Source of the DNA: Candidatus Doudnabacteria bacterium
GTDB lineage: Bacteria; Patescibacteriota; Doudnabacteria; UBA920; O2-02-FULL-48-8
Assembly (NCBI GenBank): GCA_037200925.1
Contig: JBBCGO010000001.1
Span: 317,248-381,247 of the forward strand
Direction: 5' to 3'
Length of the DNA: 64,000 nucleotides
In this document: one piece after another, positions 21,587 to 31,698 of the stretch
How the letters are laid out: each line of letters starts with the position of its first letter
Numbering within the stretch: position 1 is the stretch's first letter
The notes under the pieces: generated by a model
Seen by the model: only the letters and a program-made list of their open reading frames with translations
Databases searched by the model: none
What the model was told of the DNA's origin: nothing
Position numbers and translations under genes: made by a program

Positions 21587-22142
21587 CTATTGCCTTTTTA
21601 ACATCCAGGGCAACTTTCACGATAGTTTGGTTGCCATTGATGAATTTAACTTTATGGAATTTCTGGAAATATCGGATCGTTTCCATAACCTGTTTTTTAT
21701 GGTAACTGATCCGGGATCGGATGTACTGCATGTCTAAATCCTTTTTTTCTCTATCTCTGTGAAAAGAACGTTTTTTTACCAATGCATCAGGCAGGCGGAG
21801 GTAGATCGCAAAAAAATCGCGGTGCTTGCGGTCCAGAATTTTTTTTAACAACACAGCCTCGCTTTTCAGTCTTGGTGTGCCGACAAACAACAAGTTTTTA
21901 CTTCTCGGGGCTCGTTCGACTGATCTTTTGATATATTCGTCAATAATTTTTGAAGGCACGGGAAGACCCCTGTCATAAGTCTGCAAAAAAATTTTTTTAT
22001 ATCTCGGATTTTCCCTCAATTTTCGCAGATACTCGCCGGATTTTACAAGCTTGAACTCATAATAACTTGCCAATAAATCAGCTTGGGTGTCTTTACCGGA
22101 AACCGGGGAACCGAGAATTATAAGATCAAAGCCGAGTTTCAT
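21558..22142 (-). CDS. Adenylate-kinase-like protein (divergent paralog)
   Basis: GSPVSGKDTQA P-loop variant, GTPR, INGNQTI; tandem with adk. Confidence 0.7.
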   Translation of the reverse strand: MKLGFDLIILGSPVSGKDTQADLLASYYEFKLVKSGEYLRKLRENPRYKKIFLQTYDRGLPVPSKIIDEYIKRSVERAPRSKNLLFVGTPRLKSEAVLLKKILDRKHRDFFAIYLRLPDALVKKRSFHRDREKKDLDMQYIRSRISYHKKQVMETIRYFQKFHKVKFINGNQTIVKVALDVKKAIDDYSRSKRA

Positions 22143-22714
22143 AAGATCCCCAGTTGGCTTAAAATTTCCTGCTGGACTCCTTCAATCGACTGATCTCCGT
22201 TTATATGGATCAGCATTTCTTTTGATTCATAGTAATCGCGGATCTGGGCGGTCTTTTTTTCATATTCTTCAAAGCGTTTTTCAACTCTGGCAATATCCGA
22301 GTCATCAACCCGGCCTTCCGTAGCGCTCCGTAAAGATAACCGGGTCAACAATTTTACCTTATCGACATCAAGCACAAAAATTCTCTGGTCACTTATATTA
22401 TGCTTAGCTAAGACCGAATTCAGCATCTCCACTTGTCCGGCCGTTCTGGGAAAGCCGTCCAAAATTAAGCCCGGTTTACCCATGACCTTCTCGATCTCCT
22501 GATCGAAAACTTGCTTTGTCAGTTCATCCGATACGATCATGCCCTGGTCAATTGTGGTTTTTATCAGGCGGCCCAGATCATTGTCTTGTTTTGCCGCTTC
22601 GCGGAAAGTATCGCCCATACTAAAATAGCCGTACCCGAGCTTTTCCATCAGAAGTCTGCTTTGAGTGCCCTTGCCGCTCCCAGGCGGACCCATGAGAATA
22701 ATGATTTGTTTCAT
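22139..22714 (-). CDS. adk: Adenylate kinase (short, LID-less type)
   Basis: GPPGSGKGTQ, LDGFPRT, GRVDD; start taken at MKQII. Confidence 0.92.
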   Translation of the reverse strand: MKQIIILMGPPGSGKGTQSRLLMEKLGYGYFSMGDTFREAAKQDNDLGRLIKTTIDQGMIVSDELTKQVFDQEIEKVMGKPGLILDGFPRTAGQVEMLNSVLAKHNISDQRIFVLDVDKVKLLTRLSLRSATEGRVDDSDIARVEKRFEEYEKKTAQIRDYYESKEMLIHINGDQSIEGVQQEILSQLGIL

Positions 22715-22773
22715 ATCAATATTATAGCGTAAAATCGGGACAAAAAAAACGGCTTTTGAATCATTATTGATTC

Positions 22774-23022
22774 TTAAGCCTGGTCTAGATGCTGCATCCA
22801 CTTCAAGTATTTCGTCCTCTTGTCCTCGTTGGTCGTGTAGAGCTGATGGCTTTCGATGATCTCTCTGGCCAGCAAAGGATCACCTTCATCTAACGCGCCC
22901 GCGGCAAGGTCATAAGGCTCGGCATAACGCACGTTGTTCACATGACCGTTCCGCATTTGCTGAGCCAGGTCCCGCAACCATCGTGAAATTTTTGGCCGAA
23001 CTTGCTCTGATCCCATTGACAC
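22774..23022 (-). CDS. Hypothetical protein inserted between secY and adk
   Basis: 82-aa ORF preceded by AGGAGG. Confidence 0.6.
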   Translation of the reverse strand: MSMGSEQVRPKISRWLRDLAQQMRNGHVNNVRYAEPYDLAAGALDEGDPLLAREIIESHQLYTTNEDKRTKYLKWMQHLDQA

Positions 23023-23035
23023 GCATCCTCCTAAT

Positions 23036-24337
23036 CTAGAAATCTTCGTAATCCCGCATGACCATTTGCGACTGGACTTGTTTCATAACTTCAATGACCA
23101 CGGACACCACGATCAAAAGCGAAGTGCCGCCCAAGGTCAGCGATTGGGTATGAGTGAAAGCCTGGATAATGTTCGGCAGCACAGCCACTAATCCTAAGAA
23201 AATCGCGCCGACCAGAGTAATGCGGTTCAAAACTTTATACAAAAATTCGGCGGTCTGCAATCCCGGCCGCAGGCCTGGGATAAACCCGCCTTGCTTCTGG
23301 ATATTTTCGGAAATTTCTTCGGGATTGAATACGATGGCAGTATAGAAGTAAGTGAAAGCCACGACCAAAATAAAGTAAACAATACCCTGATAAGTAGGAT
23401 TTTGGAAAAAATTATTGATGGCAGTCGCGGCGTGCGCGATAAATACGGTCTTGGCGTTGGCAAAAAAATTGGCGATCAGGCCCGGGAACAGCAGGATGGA
23501 AATGGCAAAAATGATCGGAATGACCCCTGCCTGGTTGACGCGCAGAGGCAAATGCGTGTTCACTCCGCCGTACATTTTATTGCCGCGGATCCTTTTCGCA
23601 TAAGACACGGGAATATTGCGCTGGGCCTCGGTGATCAAAACCACCGCGCCGATGACCACGACAGCGACCGCCAGATAAGAAAGCGCAGTTATCAAATTCT
23701 GAGGGCTTAGAACCGAAGACGAGTTGGTCAAACTCAGGTAAGCCTGCTGGGCGGCAGTTGGCAGCCTGGCCACAATGCCGGCAAAAATGATCAGGGATAT
23801 GCCATTGCCGATCTTGTATTCAGAAATGATCTCACCCAGCCAGAGCAGGATCATGGTGCCGGTGGTGATGGACAGCAAGGTCACAAACCACTGGAAAGGC
23901 GTGAACCCGGACGTGATGTCAATGTTGCTGGTGCGCGCCAGCAAAAGTATCGTGCCGTAGCCCTGGATCGGGGTTAAAAAAACCGTAAGGTAGCGCATAT
24001 ACTGGTTGATCTTCATCCTGCCGGCCTCTCCGCCCTCTTTGCTCAATTCACCAAGACTGGGAATAATAATTGTCAGAAGCTGGATAATGATGGACGCGGT
24101 AATGTATGGCCCGATGCCAAGCATGACGATAGAAAAATTACGCAGACCGCCGCCGGAAAAAATATCAAATAATCCCAGCAGCTGGTTGTTATTGAGTAGT
24201 GCCCGCAAACTGGTCACATCGATCCCAGGGATGGGAATATGTGCCAGAACCCTGGTGGCGACCAAAAGCAGCGCCACAATGATAATGCGGTTCCTGAGGT
24301 CTTTGACTTTCCAAATTTGTGAAATTCTATTAGCCAT
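23036..24337 (-). CDS. secY: Preprotein translocase SecY
   Basis: LGIGPYITASII, GIGNGISLIIF-like, GVIPIIFA, GGTSLLIVV. Confidence 0.98.
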   Translation of the reverse strand: MANRISQIWKVKDLRNRIIIVALLLVATRVLAHIPIPGIDVTSLRALLNNNQLLGLFDIFSGGGLRNFSIVMLGIGPYITASIIIQLLTIIIPSLGELSKEGGEAGRMKINQYMRYLTVFLTPIQGYGTILLLARTSNIDITSGFTPFQWFVTLLSITTGTMILLWLGEIISEYKIGNGISLIIFAGIVARLPTAAQQAYLSLTNSSSVLSPQNLITALSYLAVAVVVIGAVVLITEAQRNIPVSYAKRIRGNKMYGGVNTHLPLRVNQAGVIPIIFAISILLFPGLIANFFANAKTVFIAHAATAINNFFQNPTYQGIVYFILVVAFTYFYTAIVFNPEEISENIQKQGGFIPGLRPGLQTAEFLYKVLNRITLVGAIFLGLVAVLPNIIQAFTHTQSLTLGGTSLLIVVSVVIEVMKQVQSQMVMRDYEDF

Positions 24338-24339
24338 AA

Positions 24340-24810
24340 CTATTGACCGGCCTTCTCGGTTTCAGTTTTAAGAATGACCTTCCCGCCCGCCTTTTCAATT
24401 TTTTCGCGGGCAGCGGCCGAAACCGCGATCTTTTCGAAATTAAGCGCTTTCTTGATCTCGCCGGAGGACAAAACTTTTACCCTGGAACTGCCTGATTTGA
24501 TGAGGCCCAGATTATATAAAATTTTGGGATTAACCGTATCCCCGGCTTTGAACTTATCACTCAGATCATCCAGGTTGAGTATTGTGGCTTTCGTGTTTCT
24601 GCTGGTAAAGCCGCGCCGCTTCGGCAGCTGGCGCTGCAGCGGCATTCGTCCGCCCTCAAATCCGATAGGAATTGAAGAGCCGGCGCGGGCTTTCTGGCCC
24701 TTGGCGCCGCGGCCGGAAAAAGTGCCATGGCCAGACCCAACGCCTCTCCCTACGACTTTACGGCGTTTAGTGGATCCTTTATGCGGTTTTAAGCTGTGTA
24801 AATTAAGCAT
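24340..24810 (-). CDS. rplO: 50S ribosomal protein L15
   Basis: GRGVGSGHG, GFEGGRMPL; operon position. Confidence 0.97.
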   Translation of the reverse strand: MLNLHSLKPHKGSTKRRKVVGRGVGSGHGTFSGRGAKGQKARAGSSIPIGFEGGRMPLQRQLPKRRGFTSRNTKATILNLDDLSDKFKAGDTVNPKILYNLGLIKSGSSRVKVLSSGEIKKALNFEKIAVSAAAREKIEKAGGKVILKTETEKAGQ

Positions 24811-24811
24811 A

Positions 24812-25306
24812 TTACTTCCTTAGTTCCGCCATTTCTTCCTTGGAACGCAATTTGGACAAAGCCAAATAAGTGGCCATGGCGTTATTGACCTTGTTTGAAG
24901 ACCCGAGCATTTTCGACAGGACATTCTTAACACCAACAAGGTCCAACACCTGGCGGATAGCTCCGCCGGCGATGACTCCGGTGCCGGGCTGGGCCGGCTT
25001 TAGGAATACAACGGATGATTTATATTTAAACTTGATCTCATGCGGAATGGTATCGTTGACGATCTTGATCGGGATCATGGTTTTTTTGGCAGCCGCCACT
25101 GACTTGTTCACGGCTTCGGACACGTCAGCTCCTTTCCGCAGGCCCACACCCACGCGCCCTTTCTTATCTCCGATGACGACCAGCGCCCGAAAACGCATGC
25201 GCTTACCGCCTGCCACCACGCGCGTGACGCGCTTGATCTCCACGATCTTTTGTTCAAAATCGCGCTTGCCTGCATCCTGATTTCTGCCTCTTGATTGTCT
25301 GCGCAT
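24812..25306 (-). CDS. rpsE: 30S ribosomal protein S5
   Basis: RVTRVVAGGKR, GTGVIAGG. Confidence 0.97.
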   Translation of the reverse strand: MRRQSRGRNQDAGKRDFEQKIVEIKRVTRVVAGGKRMRFRALVVIGDKKGRVGVGLRKGADVSEAVNKSVAAAKKTMIPIKIVNDTIPHEIKFKYKSSVVFLKPAQPGTGVIAGGAIRQVLDLVGVKNVLSKMLGSSNKVNNAMATYLALSKLRSKEEMAELRK

Positions 25307-25307
25307 A

Positions 25308-25652
25308 TTAAAACTCCAATCCGGAAGCTCTTGCCGCTTCTGCTAATTCTTTCACGCGGCCATGGTACTGATATCCGCCGCGGTCAAACACGACTTTTTT
25401 AATTCCCAATTTTTGCGCTTTTTCTGCCGCCAATTTTCCGACTGCCGCTGCAATTTCCGATTTCTTGCCTTTCATTTTTACTTCAGTGCTGCTTGCTGCG
25501 GCCAAGGTCTTACCTGTTTCATCATCGATCAGCTGTACATAAATGTGAGACAACGAGCGAAAAACATTCAGTCGCGGTTTGCTTCCGCTGCCTGAAACTT
25601 TTGCCCGAACTCGGCGCTGTCTTAGTTTTCTCTGGGTTCGTCTGGAGTTCAT
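25308..25652 (-). CDS. rplR: 50S ribosomal protein L18
   Basis: [20 protein letters not shown]; start at MNSRR. Confidence 0.96.
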   Translation of the reverse strand: MNSRRTQRKLRQRRVRAKVSGSGSKPRLNVFRSLSHIYVQLIDDETGKTLAAASSTEVKMKGKKSEIAAAVGKLAAEKAQKLGIKKVVFDRGGYQYHGRVKELAEAARASGLEF

Positions 25653-25653
25653 A

Positions 25654-26208
25654 TTATTTGCCTCCGCCGACGGCTTTGACGACCTTGCCCGCTTTGCGCC
25701 TGATAACTTCATCGCTGTATTTAATTCCTTTGCCTTTGTACGGTTCCGGCTCCCGCTGCGAACGCACCACAGCCGCAAACTGGCCGACTGCCTGGCGATC
25801 GGAGCCGGTAATGGTAATGATATTTTTTTCCACTTTTGCTTCCAGTCCTGTTGGCACTTCCATTTCGATAGGATGAGAATAGCCCAAATTAAGCACTAAC
25901 TTTTTGCCTGAAATCGCGGCCTTGTATCCGACCCCGTTGATCTCCAAAATTTTGGTAAAACCGGTGGTGACGCCGGTGACCATGTTATTTATCAGTGAGC
26001 GGAACAGCCCCCACAAAGCGCGCTCGGATTTTTCATCCGGTTTTTTAACTGTGACAATTATCTCCGTGTCTTTGTGTTCAATCAAAACTTTCGGGTGAAT
26101 GGTCAGCATTAATTCGCCCTTTGGTCCTTTGACCCTGAGGGTTTCATCTTTGATGTCCACAGTGACGCCTGCGGGAATGACTACTGGTTTTTTGCCTATT
26201 CTGCTCAT
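25654..26208 (-). CDS. rplF: 50S ribosomal protein L6
   Basis: [16 protein letters not shown]. Confidence 0.98.
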   Translation of the reverse strand: MSRIGKKPVVIPAGVTVDIKDETLRVKGPKGELMLTIHPKVLIEHKDTEIIVTVKKPDEKSERALWGLFRSLINNMVTGVTTGFTKILEINGVGYKAAISGKKLVLNLGYSHPIEMEVPTGLEAKVEKNIITITGSDRQAVGQFAAVVRSQREPEPYKGKGIKYSDEVIRRKAGKVVKAVGGGK

Positions 26209-26221
26209 AATTATTGCTTTA

Positions 26222-26348
26222 GCGAGGATGTTGAATAAAAAAGAATTCTGAGGCCGAAGTTGCTTTGTCGCAACGAGGCCGAGGACTTAGGTCTAAATTA
26301 CTGCGACTAGCATAATTTAGACCGTCTTTTTTTTGCAACATCCGAGCG
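26222..26348. repeat. Structured palindromic insertion between rpsH and rplF
   Basis: Outer IR GGATGTTG (26226) / CAACATCC (26336); inner perfect 11-bp IR ggtctaaatta / taatttagacc. Confidence 0.65.
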
Positions 26349-26350
26349 CC

Positions 26351-26749
26351 TCACCAAATCTGGCAGACAATCTCGCCGCCGACTTTGTTCGCCCGCGCTT
26401 CCTTGTCTGTCATTAATCCTTTTGAAGTTGAAACGATAGTGGTCCCGATGCCACCCATGACTTTGGGGATCTCAGTCCGGGTGGAGTAGATCCGCTGGCC
26501 GGGCTTGCTCACGCGCTTGATACCGGAAATAACCGGGGTACCTGTCTTGTCATACTTTAGTTCCAGCGACAGACTCTTTATCCCTTCGGTTTCTTTCACT
26601 TCCACGTTTTTGATATATCCTTCCGACTGCAAAACTTTCGCCAGACTGTGCTTGAAATTGGAATACGGCAAAACCACGTCTGATTTCTTTGCCATCAGGC
26701 CGTTGCGGATGCGGGTCAGCATGTCGGAAATTGTATCGCTCATTGTCAT
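26351..26749 (-). CDS. rpsH: 30S ribosomal protein S8
   Basis: DMLTRIRN, SKPGQRIY, STSKG, GGE. Confidence 0.98.
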   Translation of the reverse strand: MTMSDTISDMLTRIRNGLMAKKSDVVLPYSNFKHSLAKVLQSEGYIKNVEVKETEGIKSLSLELKYDKTGTPVISGIKRVSKPGQRIYSTRTEIPKVMGGIGTTIVSTSKGLMTDKEARANKVGGEIVCQIW

Positions 26750-26755
26750 ATATTT

Positions 26756-26950
26756 TTACCAGGAAGCCTTAAATACGCCGGGGATCTCGCCGTTTGAAGC
26801 CAGCTCGCGGAAACAAATGCGGCAAATATCAAAATCGCGCATGTAGCCGTGCTTTCGGCCGCAGCGCCAGCAGCGCCGCACGATCCGCGACGAATACTTC
26901 GCATTGGTGCGGGAACGGAACGATCTGATTGTCTGTGCTTTTGTAGCCAT
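26756..26950 (-). CDS. rpsN: 30S ribosomal protein S14, zinc-binding type
   Basis: CWRCGR...CRICFRE...ASW. Confidence 0.97.
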   Translation of the reverse strand: MATKAQTIRSFRSRTNAKYSSRIVRRCWRCGRKHGYMRDFDICRICFRELASNGEIPGVFKASW

Positions 26951-26954
26951 ATAT

Positions 26955-27494
26955 TTAGTCCTTTTGAAACGGGAATCCTAATGATTTTAACAATTCCAGT
27001 GCTTTCTTGTCATCATTGGTCGAAGTTTGGATGTTGACCTCAAGGCCAAAAACATATTCCAAATGCTCGCGCGTGGTTTCCGGAAAAACGATCTGTTCTT
27101 TGATCCCGACATTGTAATTCCCGTGGCCGTCGAATTTTTTCGGATTCAGGCCCCTAAAATCCCGCACACGGGGCAACGCCACATTTACGAACTTTTCCAA
27201 AAAATCATACATCCGGCGGCCCCGAAGCGTGACAGTCAGGCCGACGACCTGATTTTCGCGGATTTTAAATCCGGCTATGGATTTCTTAGCCAGCGTTTTG
27301 ACCGGAGCCAGACCCGCAATGCGCTTAACATCCTCAATGATCGCCTCAAGCATCTTCGGGTCTTTTAGGGTCTTGCCCACGCCCACGTTCAGCACGACTT
27401 TCTCAACTTTGGGTACAGCCATAGGATTGGTCAATCCGAAAGCTTGCTTCAACGTTGGCACCGATTTTTCTTTGTAAATAGTCTTAAGACTCAT
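26955..27494 (-). CDS. rplE: 50S ribosomal protein L5
   Basis: [19 protein letters not shown]. Confidence 0.98.
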   Translation of the reverse strand: MSLKTIYKEKSVPTLKQAFGLTNPMAVPKVEKVVLNVGVGKTLKDPKMLEAIIEDVKRIAGLAPVKTLAKKSIAGFKIRENQVVGLTVTLRGRRMYDFLEKFVNVALPRVRDFRGLNPKKFDGHGNYNVGIKEQIVFPETTREHLEYVFGLEVNIQTSTNDDKKALELLKSLGFPFQKD

Positions 27495-27498
27495 ATGA

Positions 27499-27813
27499 TT
27501 ATATTGCTTTTCCGCAATGCTTGCATTTGCGTAAATTTCCCTGCGCAGTTATTTCATGGCCGATCCTGGTCGGCTTGCCGCAATTCGGACATATCAGCAT
27601 GACTTTGGAAACATTCAAAGGGGCGGGCAATTCCAAACGCTGGCCTTTCTCGCCCTGATTCTTCGGCCGGGAAAACCGGACGTGGATATTCAAGCCTTCC
27701 ACAGACACTCTTTTGTCCTTTGGGAACACTTCCAAAACCTTGCCGGATTTGCCTCTTTCCTTGCCGGCCAGCACTTTTACCATATCGCCTTTTTTAATGC
27801 TCATCTTCTTCAT
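27499..27813 (-). CDS. rplX: 50S ribosomal protein L24
   Basis: [20 protein letters not shown] motif; CPNC/CKHC. Confidence 0.96.
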   Translation of the reverse strand: MKKMSIKKGDMVKVLAGKERGKSGKVLEVFPKDKRVSVEGLNIHVRFSRPKNQGEKGQRLELPAPLNVSKVMLICPNCGKPTRIGHEITAQGNLRKCKHCGKAI

Positions 27814-28181
27814 ATTACTTCCTCTGCCAATGAAATGATCTTGGTAAATCCGAGATCCCGAAGCTCGCGCGGAATAGGCCCGAAAATGCGCGTGCCGCGT
27901 GGTTCCGGATTGTCTTTATTCACCAATACTGCGGCATTATCGTCAAACCGGATGTAAGAACCGTCAGCGCGCCGGACTTCCTTATGCGTGCGGACGATAA
28001 CAGCATAAACCTTGTCGCCTTTTTTCACCTGGCCTTTGGGGCTGGCGATCTTAACCGAAGCTGCGACCACGTCGCCTAGCCTTGCCCAGCGGCGGTGGTT
28101 TTTGCCGGACACGCCGAACACTGCGATCTCTCGAGCGCCTGTATTGTCCGCGACTTTTAATCTGGTTCTTAGCTGGATCAT
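27810..28181 (-). CDS. rplN: 50S ribosomal protein L14
   Basis: ADNTGA, FDDNAAV, GTRIFGP. Confidence 0.98.
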   Translation of the reverse strand: MIQLRTRLKVADNTGAREIAVFGVSGKNHRRWARLGDVVAASVKIASPKGQVKKGDKVYAVIVRTHKEVRRADGSYIRFDDNAAVLVNKDNPEPRGTRIFGPIPRELRDLGFTKIISLAEEVI

Positions 28182-28193
28182 GGATCTAAATAA

Positions 28194-28430
28194 TTAAACT
28201 TTGCTTAATACTTTCCAAAAGACCGTTTTGCTGTAAGGCTTTGACTCTTCAATTATAACCTTATCGCCTATGGCAAACTGCTCTTCCGCGTGCGCCGGGA
28301 ATTTCTTAAAGACCTTGTAGCGTTTATGGTATTTCGGGTGGACCTTCACGCTCTCAACTTTCACGATCACCGTTTTGTTCATCTTGTTTGAGGTCACGAT
28401 CCCCGTTAATTTTCGCTTGATGGCATCCAT
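28194..28430 (-). CDS. rpsQ: 30S ribosomal protein S17
   Basis: KMNKTV, HPKYHK, GDKVIIEESKP; start at MDAIK. Confidence 0.95.
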   Translation of the reverse strand: MDAIKRKLTGIVTSNKMNKTVIVKVESVKVHPKYHKRYKVFKKFPAHAEEQFAIGDKVIIEESKPYSKTVFWKVLSKV

Positions 28431-28431
28431 A

Positions 28432-28614
28432 TTATTTGGCATTCATTAAGGTTAAAATTCGGGCAATGTCGCGCTTTACGGCTTTGAGCATATGGTTATT
28501 CTTCACTTCGCGCGAGTGCAGCTTGAAAGACAGGTCCCGCACCTGCTCCCGCAGGGTGGCTAGCGTTTTTACCAATTCAGCCTGGCCCATTACTTGTAAT
28601 TCCTTGATCTTCAT
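28432..28614 (-). CDS. rpmC: 50S ribosomal protein L29
   Basis: KRDIARILT; operon position. Confidence 0.93.
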   Translation of the reverse strand: MKIKELQVMGQAELVKTLATLREQVRDLSFKLHSREVKNNHMLKAVKRDIARILTLMNAK

Positions 28615-28618
28615 AAGA

Positions 28619-29032
28619 TTATGCCTGATTCCTTAATACAAATTTAGTCTTGATTGGCAATTTATGAGAGGCCAACCGCATGGCTTCAGCCGCCTGATCT
28701 GACGTAACCCCATCCATCTCGAACATCACGCGCCCTTTTTGCACTACCGCCACAAAGTGATCCACCGCGCCTTTGCCGCCGCCCATGGGCGATTCGTTGC
28801 CGTGAGAAGTAATGGGTTTATCCGGAAAGATCCGGATCCAGATCTTGCCGCCGCGCTGAATATATCTGGTCATGGCTCGCCTAGCCGCTTCTATCTGGCG
28901 GCTGGTGACCCAGCTGTTTTCCATGGCTTTCAATCCAAAACTTCCAAATGCCACAAAGTTGCCGGACATGGATTTGCCGGAGGAGCGCCCTCTGTGATGC
29001 TTTCTGTGCTTAACTTTTTTCGGGATCAGCAT
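28619..29032 (-). CDS. rplP: 50S ribosomal protein L16
   Basis: [23 protein letters not shown]. Confidence 0.98.
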   Translation of the reverse strand: MLIPKKVKHRKHHRGRSSGKSMSGNFVAFGSFGLKAMENSWVTSRQIEAARRAMTRYIQRGGKIWIRIFPDKPITSHGNESPMGGGKGAVDHFVAVVQKGRVMFEMDGVTSDQAAEAMRLASHKLPIKTKFVLRNQA

Positions 29033-29035
29033 AAA

Positions 29036-29698
29036 TTATTCGCCTTTCAGCTTAAGCTTCTTGCCGTCAAAAACTTCGCCTTTATTGATCCAAACCTTCA
29101 CGCCTATGGTGCCATAGGTGGTAAATGCCGTAACTCTGGCAAAATCAATATTGGCGCGCAAAGTATGCAGTGGCAATTTGCCTTTGAACAACCGTTCACT
29201 GCGGGCAATTTCCGCGCCGCCCAGTCTTCCCGCGCATTCTATCTTAACGCCCAAAGCCCCGGCTTCCATGACCTGCTCTATCGCGCCTTTCATGGCGCGG
29301 CGGAAGGCGATGCGCTTTTCGATCTGGTCCACGATATTCTGCGCCACAACCTGGGCCTGCAGATTCATGTCTTTGACTTCTTCAATATTGATCTTCATGT
29401 CCAATTTCTTCAGCTCCAGATTCTTCAGGATCTTTTTCTTCAGATCTTCAATGCCGGCCCCGCCTTTGCCGATGATCATGCCCGGCTTGGTGGTTTTCAC
29501 TGTGACGATCAGGTTCTGGCCGAATCGCTCAATATCAATCCTGACCAAACCGGCGCGGCGCAATTCTTGCATCAGAAAAGCGCGGATCCGGGTATCCTGC
29601 TGGAGTTTCGCGGCAAAACCGGTCTTGGCCAGCCATTTGGATTTCCAAGTTTCGGTAATGTTCAGTCTTAAACTGTTGGCATTAACTTTCTGTCCCAT
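29036..29698 (-). CDS. rpsC: 30S ribosomal protein S3
   Basis: MGQKV, GRLGGAEIAR, PLHTLRA. Confidence 0.98.
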   Translation of the reverse strand: MGQKVNANSLRLNITETWKSKWLAKTGFAAKLQQDTRIRAFLMQELRRAGLVRIDIERFGQNLIVTVKTTKPGMIIGKGGAGIEDLKKKILKNLELKKLDMKINIEEVKDMNLQAQVVAQNIVDQIEKRIAFRRAMKGAIEQVMEAGALGVKIECAGRLGGAEIARSERLFKGKLPLHTLRANIDFARVTAFTTYGTIGVKVWINKGEVFDGKKLKLKGE

Positions 29699-29699
29699 A

Positions 29700-30281
29700 T
29701 TATTCTCCGCTCTTTCTGTTAAATAACCGGCGCTTCAAAGACACTATATTCTGCTTGAGCTTTTCAGAAGGCCTCGGAGCCTGTTTGGCCTTGGTCTTTA
29801 TAGCCTGTACTTCACCGGCTTTAGGCTGTTCTATCTGGCCTGTGTGCGGCTCTTTTACTTCCGGCGCTGCGGCCCTTGGCCTCAAAGAGAAAATTGACCG
29901 GGTTTGCTTGGATTTGGCCCGCTCGCGGGATTCCAAAACAACATTGATATGGCTGGTGCGCTTGCGCTCCACAAATGCCCGGCCCTGGGCTCTGGGTGCA
30001 TAGCGTTTGAATACCGGGCCTTGGTCTATGGTCACGGCTTTTACGAATAAATTTTCTTTTTTCAGGTCAAAATTATGCACGGCATTGGCCACAGCTGAAT
30101 TGATGGCTTTGGTCAGGGGCAAAGCGGCATTCTTGGAAGAAAACCGGAGCTGTTCTAAGGCCACATCCACAGGAGTCCTTCGGATAAGGTCCGCCACAAG
30201 TCGAAGCTTGCGCGGAGACACATGGATGTATCTGGCGAATGCTTTGACCTCTTTAACTTTTGATAAATCTTGTTTAGCCAT
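29700..30281 (-). CDS. rplV: 50S ribosomal protein L22 with long C-terminal extension
   Basis: SPRKLRLVAD, PRAQGRA, KRTSHI; about 75 extra residues. Confidence 0.96.
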   Translation of the reverse strand: MAKQDLSKVKEVKAFARYIHVSPRKLRLVADLIRRTPVDVALEQLRFSSKNAALPLTKAINSAVANAVHNFDLKKENLFVKAVTIDQGPVFKRYAPRAQGRAFVERKRTSHINVVLESRERAKSKQTRSIFSLRPRAAAPEVKEPHTGQIEQPKAGEVQAIKTKAKQAPRPSEKLKQNIVSLKRRLFNRKSGE

Positions 30282-30283
30282 AA

Positions 30284-30632
30284 TTATTTCTTAGGAGCAG
30301 CAGCTGGTTCAGCTTTTGCAGCTTCCAATGACCGTTTTTTCCGCTTCCTGGGCCGCAATCGCCTCTTCTTTGGCCATGCGTCCGCCGTGTCTGACGAATT
30401 TGCGGCTTGGTGAAAACTCGCCTAATTTGTGCCCGACCATGTTTTCCGAACAATGCACGGTTATAAAATTCTTGCCGTTGTGAACAAGGAAAGTCAGGCC
30501 TACCATTTCGGGAAAAATAGTGGAGTCGCGCGACCAGGTCTTGATCTCAACTTTCTGCCCAGGCCGAACCTTCTGGATCTTCTCCAGAAGTTTAGGATCT
30601 ATAAATGGTCCTTTTTTCAGTGATCGTGACAT
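30284..30632 (-). CDS. rpsS: 30S ribosomal protein S19; tail probably frameshifted at T6 30335-30340
   Basis: [21 protein letters not shown]; removing one A gives [18 protein letters not shown] ending 2 nt before rplV. Confidence 0.96.
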
Positions 30633-30635
30633 ATA

Positions 30636-31091
30636 TTAATTAGTAGATTTATTTGGATCAGGACCGCAAATGATATGTCCCGGGATACTCTGGGTTGTTC
30701 CGATCGGCACTTGTCCGGCAGGACATGGCCCGGGTGACGGGATCGGCGCTGGCGCTTCCGCACCAACTGGTGTTTGATCAGCAAGAGTAATTGTGGAAAC
30801 AGCAATGGTTCCTTCTCCTTGCTGACAAGTGCTCATTTCTTGCAAAGTACCTTTAATATCCACCGCATCACCTGTTTTGAATCCGGCAAGATTGCCTGTC
30901 AAAGTGTATTGTTTGCCGTCATCGGTTTGGAACAATTGGCATTCAGCGCCACCTGCTATTAACTTCCCGCTGAAAGAAGTTCCATTGCCTGGCTGATTTC
31001 CAGGCCCAACAGGTGCCTGTTTGTTGCAAGCTGCGGCTATTAAAATAATAGCCGGGATCAGGATAATTAATTTTTTCAGCGATCGTGACAT
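30636..31091 (-). CDS. Predicted lipoprotein with small DUF5818-like domain
   Basis: IAAAC lipobox-like; GAECQLFQTDDGKQYTL...STCQQG pattern (family from recall). Confidence 0.7.
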   Translation of the reverse strand: MSRSLKKLIILIPAIILIAAACNKQAPVGPGNQPGNGTSFSGKLIAGGAECQLFQTDDGKQYTLTGNLAGFKTGDAVDIKGTLQEMSTCQQGEGTIAVSTITLADQTPVGAEAPAPIPSPGPCPAGQVPIGTTQSIPGHIICGPDPNKSTN

Positions 31092-31109
31092 GTAATGCTT
31101 AATTTGGAT

Positions 31110-31697
31110 TTAATTGTTCTTGTCAGGAGGACATGGCTTGCCCATGTTCGGATCACAAGGATTTAGGCCATTAAGGTTGTTCTGATTTGCTTGAGATTGA
31201 GTAAATTTGAAAGTGGAAATTATCTGTTTGAATTCAGCGATCTTATCATTATTTTTCCCGTCAAAAGTTATAAACCTTACTTCTATGGCAGCGCCGGTGC
31301 TGGACTGGAAAGTAACCTCATATGAGATCCCTCCTGTTGGAGAGGCTGTCACTACCGGGGATTCATAAGCCGTAATTCCATTTACTTTGGTCTTATTTGG
31401 TATGTTTGCGAAATTCTTGTTCAAAAGGAAATCCATCGTGGAATAAGCTGAAGAAAAAGCCGGAGCCTGGGTACTGCCAAACATGCTGACCACATTCTTT
31501 GAAACGCTGTAATTGGAAGGGTACATTATCTGAAATCCATATTGAGCGTTCGTATACGTCTGCCAATCAGCCATTGAAACCGTTGAAGGAGCCGGTTGTT
31601 GTGTTTGCTGATTTTGGGCAGGTTGAACAGCCGCTTGTTGGTTGCAGGCCGCGGCCACTAATATTATTGAAGCTGTAACTGCCAGGATCTTTTTCAT
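31110..31697 (-). CDS. Predicted lipoprotein with PsbP-like domain
   Basis: VAAACNQQAAVQP; WQTYTNAQYGFQIMYP...QIISTFKFT. Confidence 0.75.
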   Translation of the reverse strand: MKKILAVTASIILVAAACNQQAAVQPAQNQQTQQPAPSTVSMADWQTYTNAQYGFQIMYPSNYSVSKNVVSMFGSTQAPAFSSAYSTMDFLLNKNFANIPNKTKVNGITAYESPVVTASPTGGISYEVTFQSSTGAAIEVRFITFDGKNNDKIAEFKQIISTFKFTQSQANQNNLNGLNPCDPNMGKPCPPDKNN

Positions 31698-31698
31698 A

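Noticed and set aside
28739-29726. Long plus-strand ORFs (310 aa, 202 aa) and similar ones at 32282, 20894, 53187, 62068
   Set aside because: Antisense shadows of well-supported minus-strand genes; no motifs or start signals.
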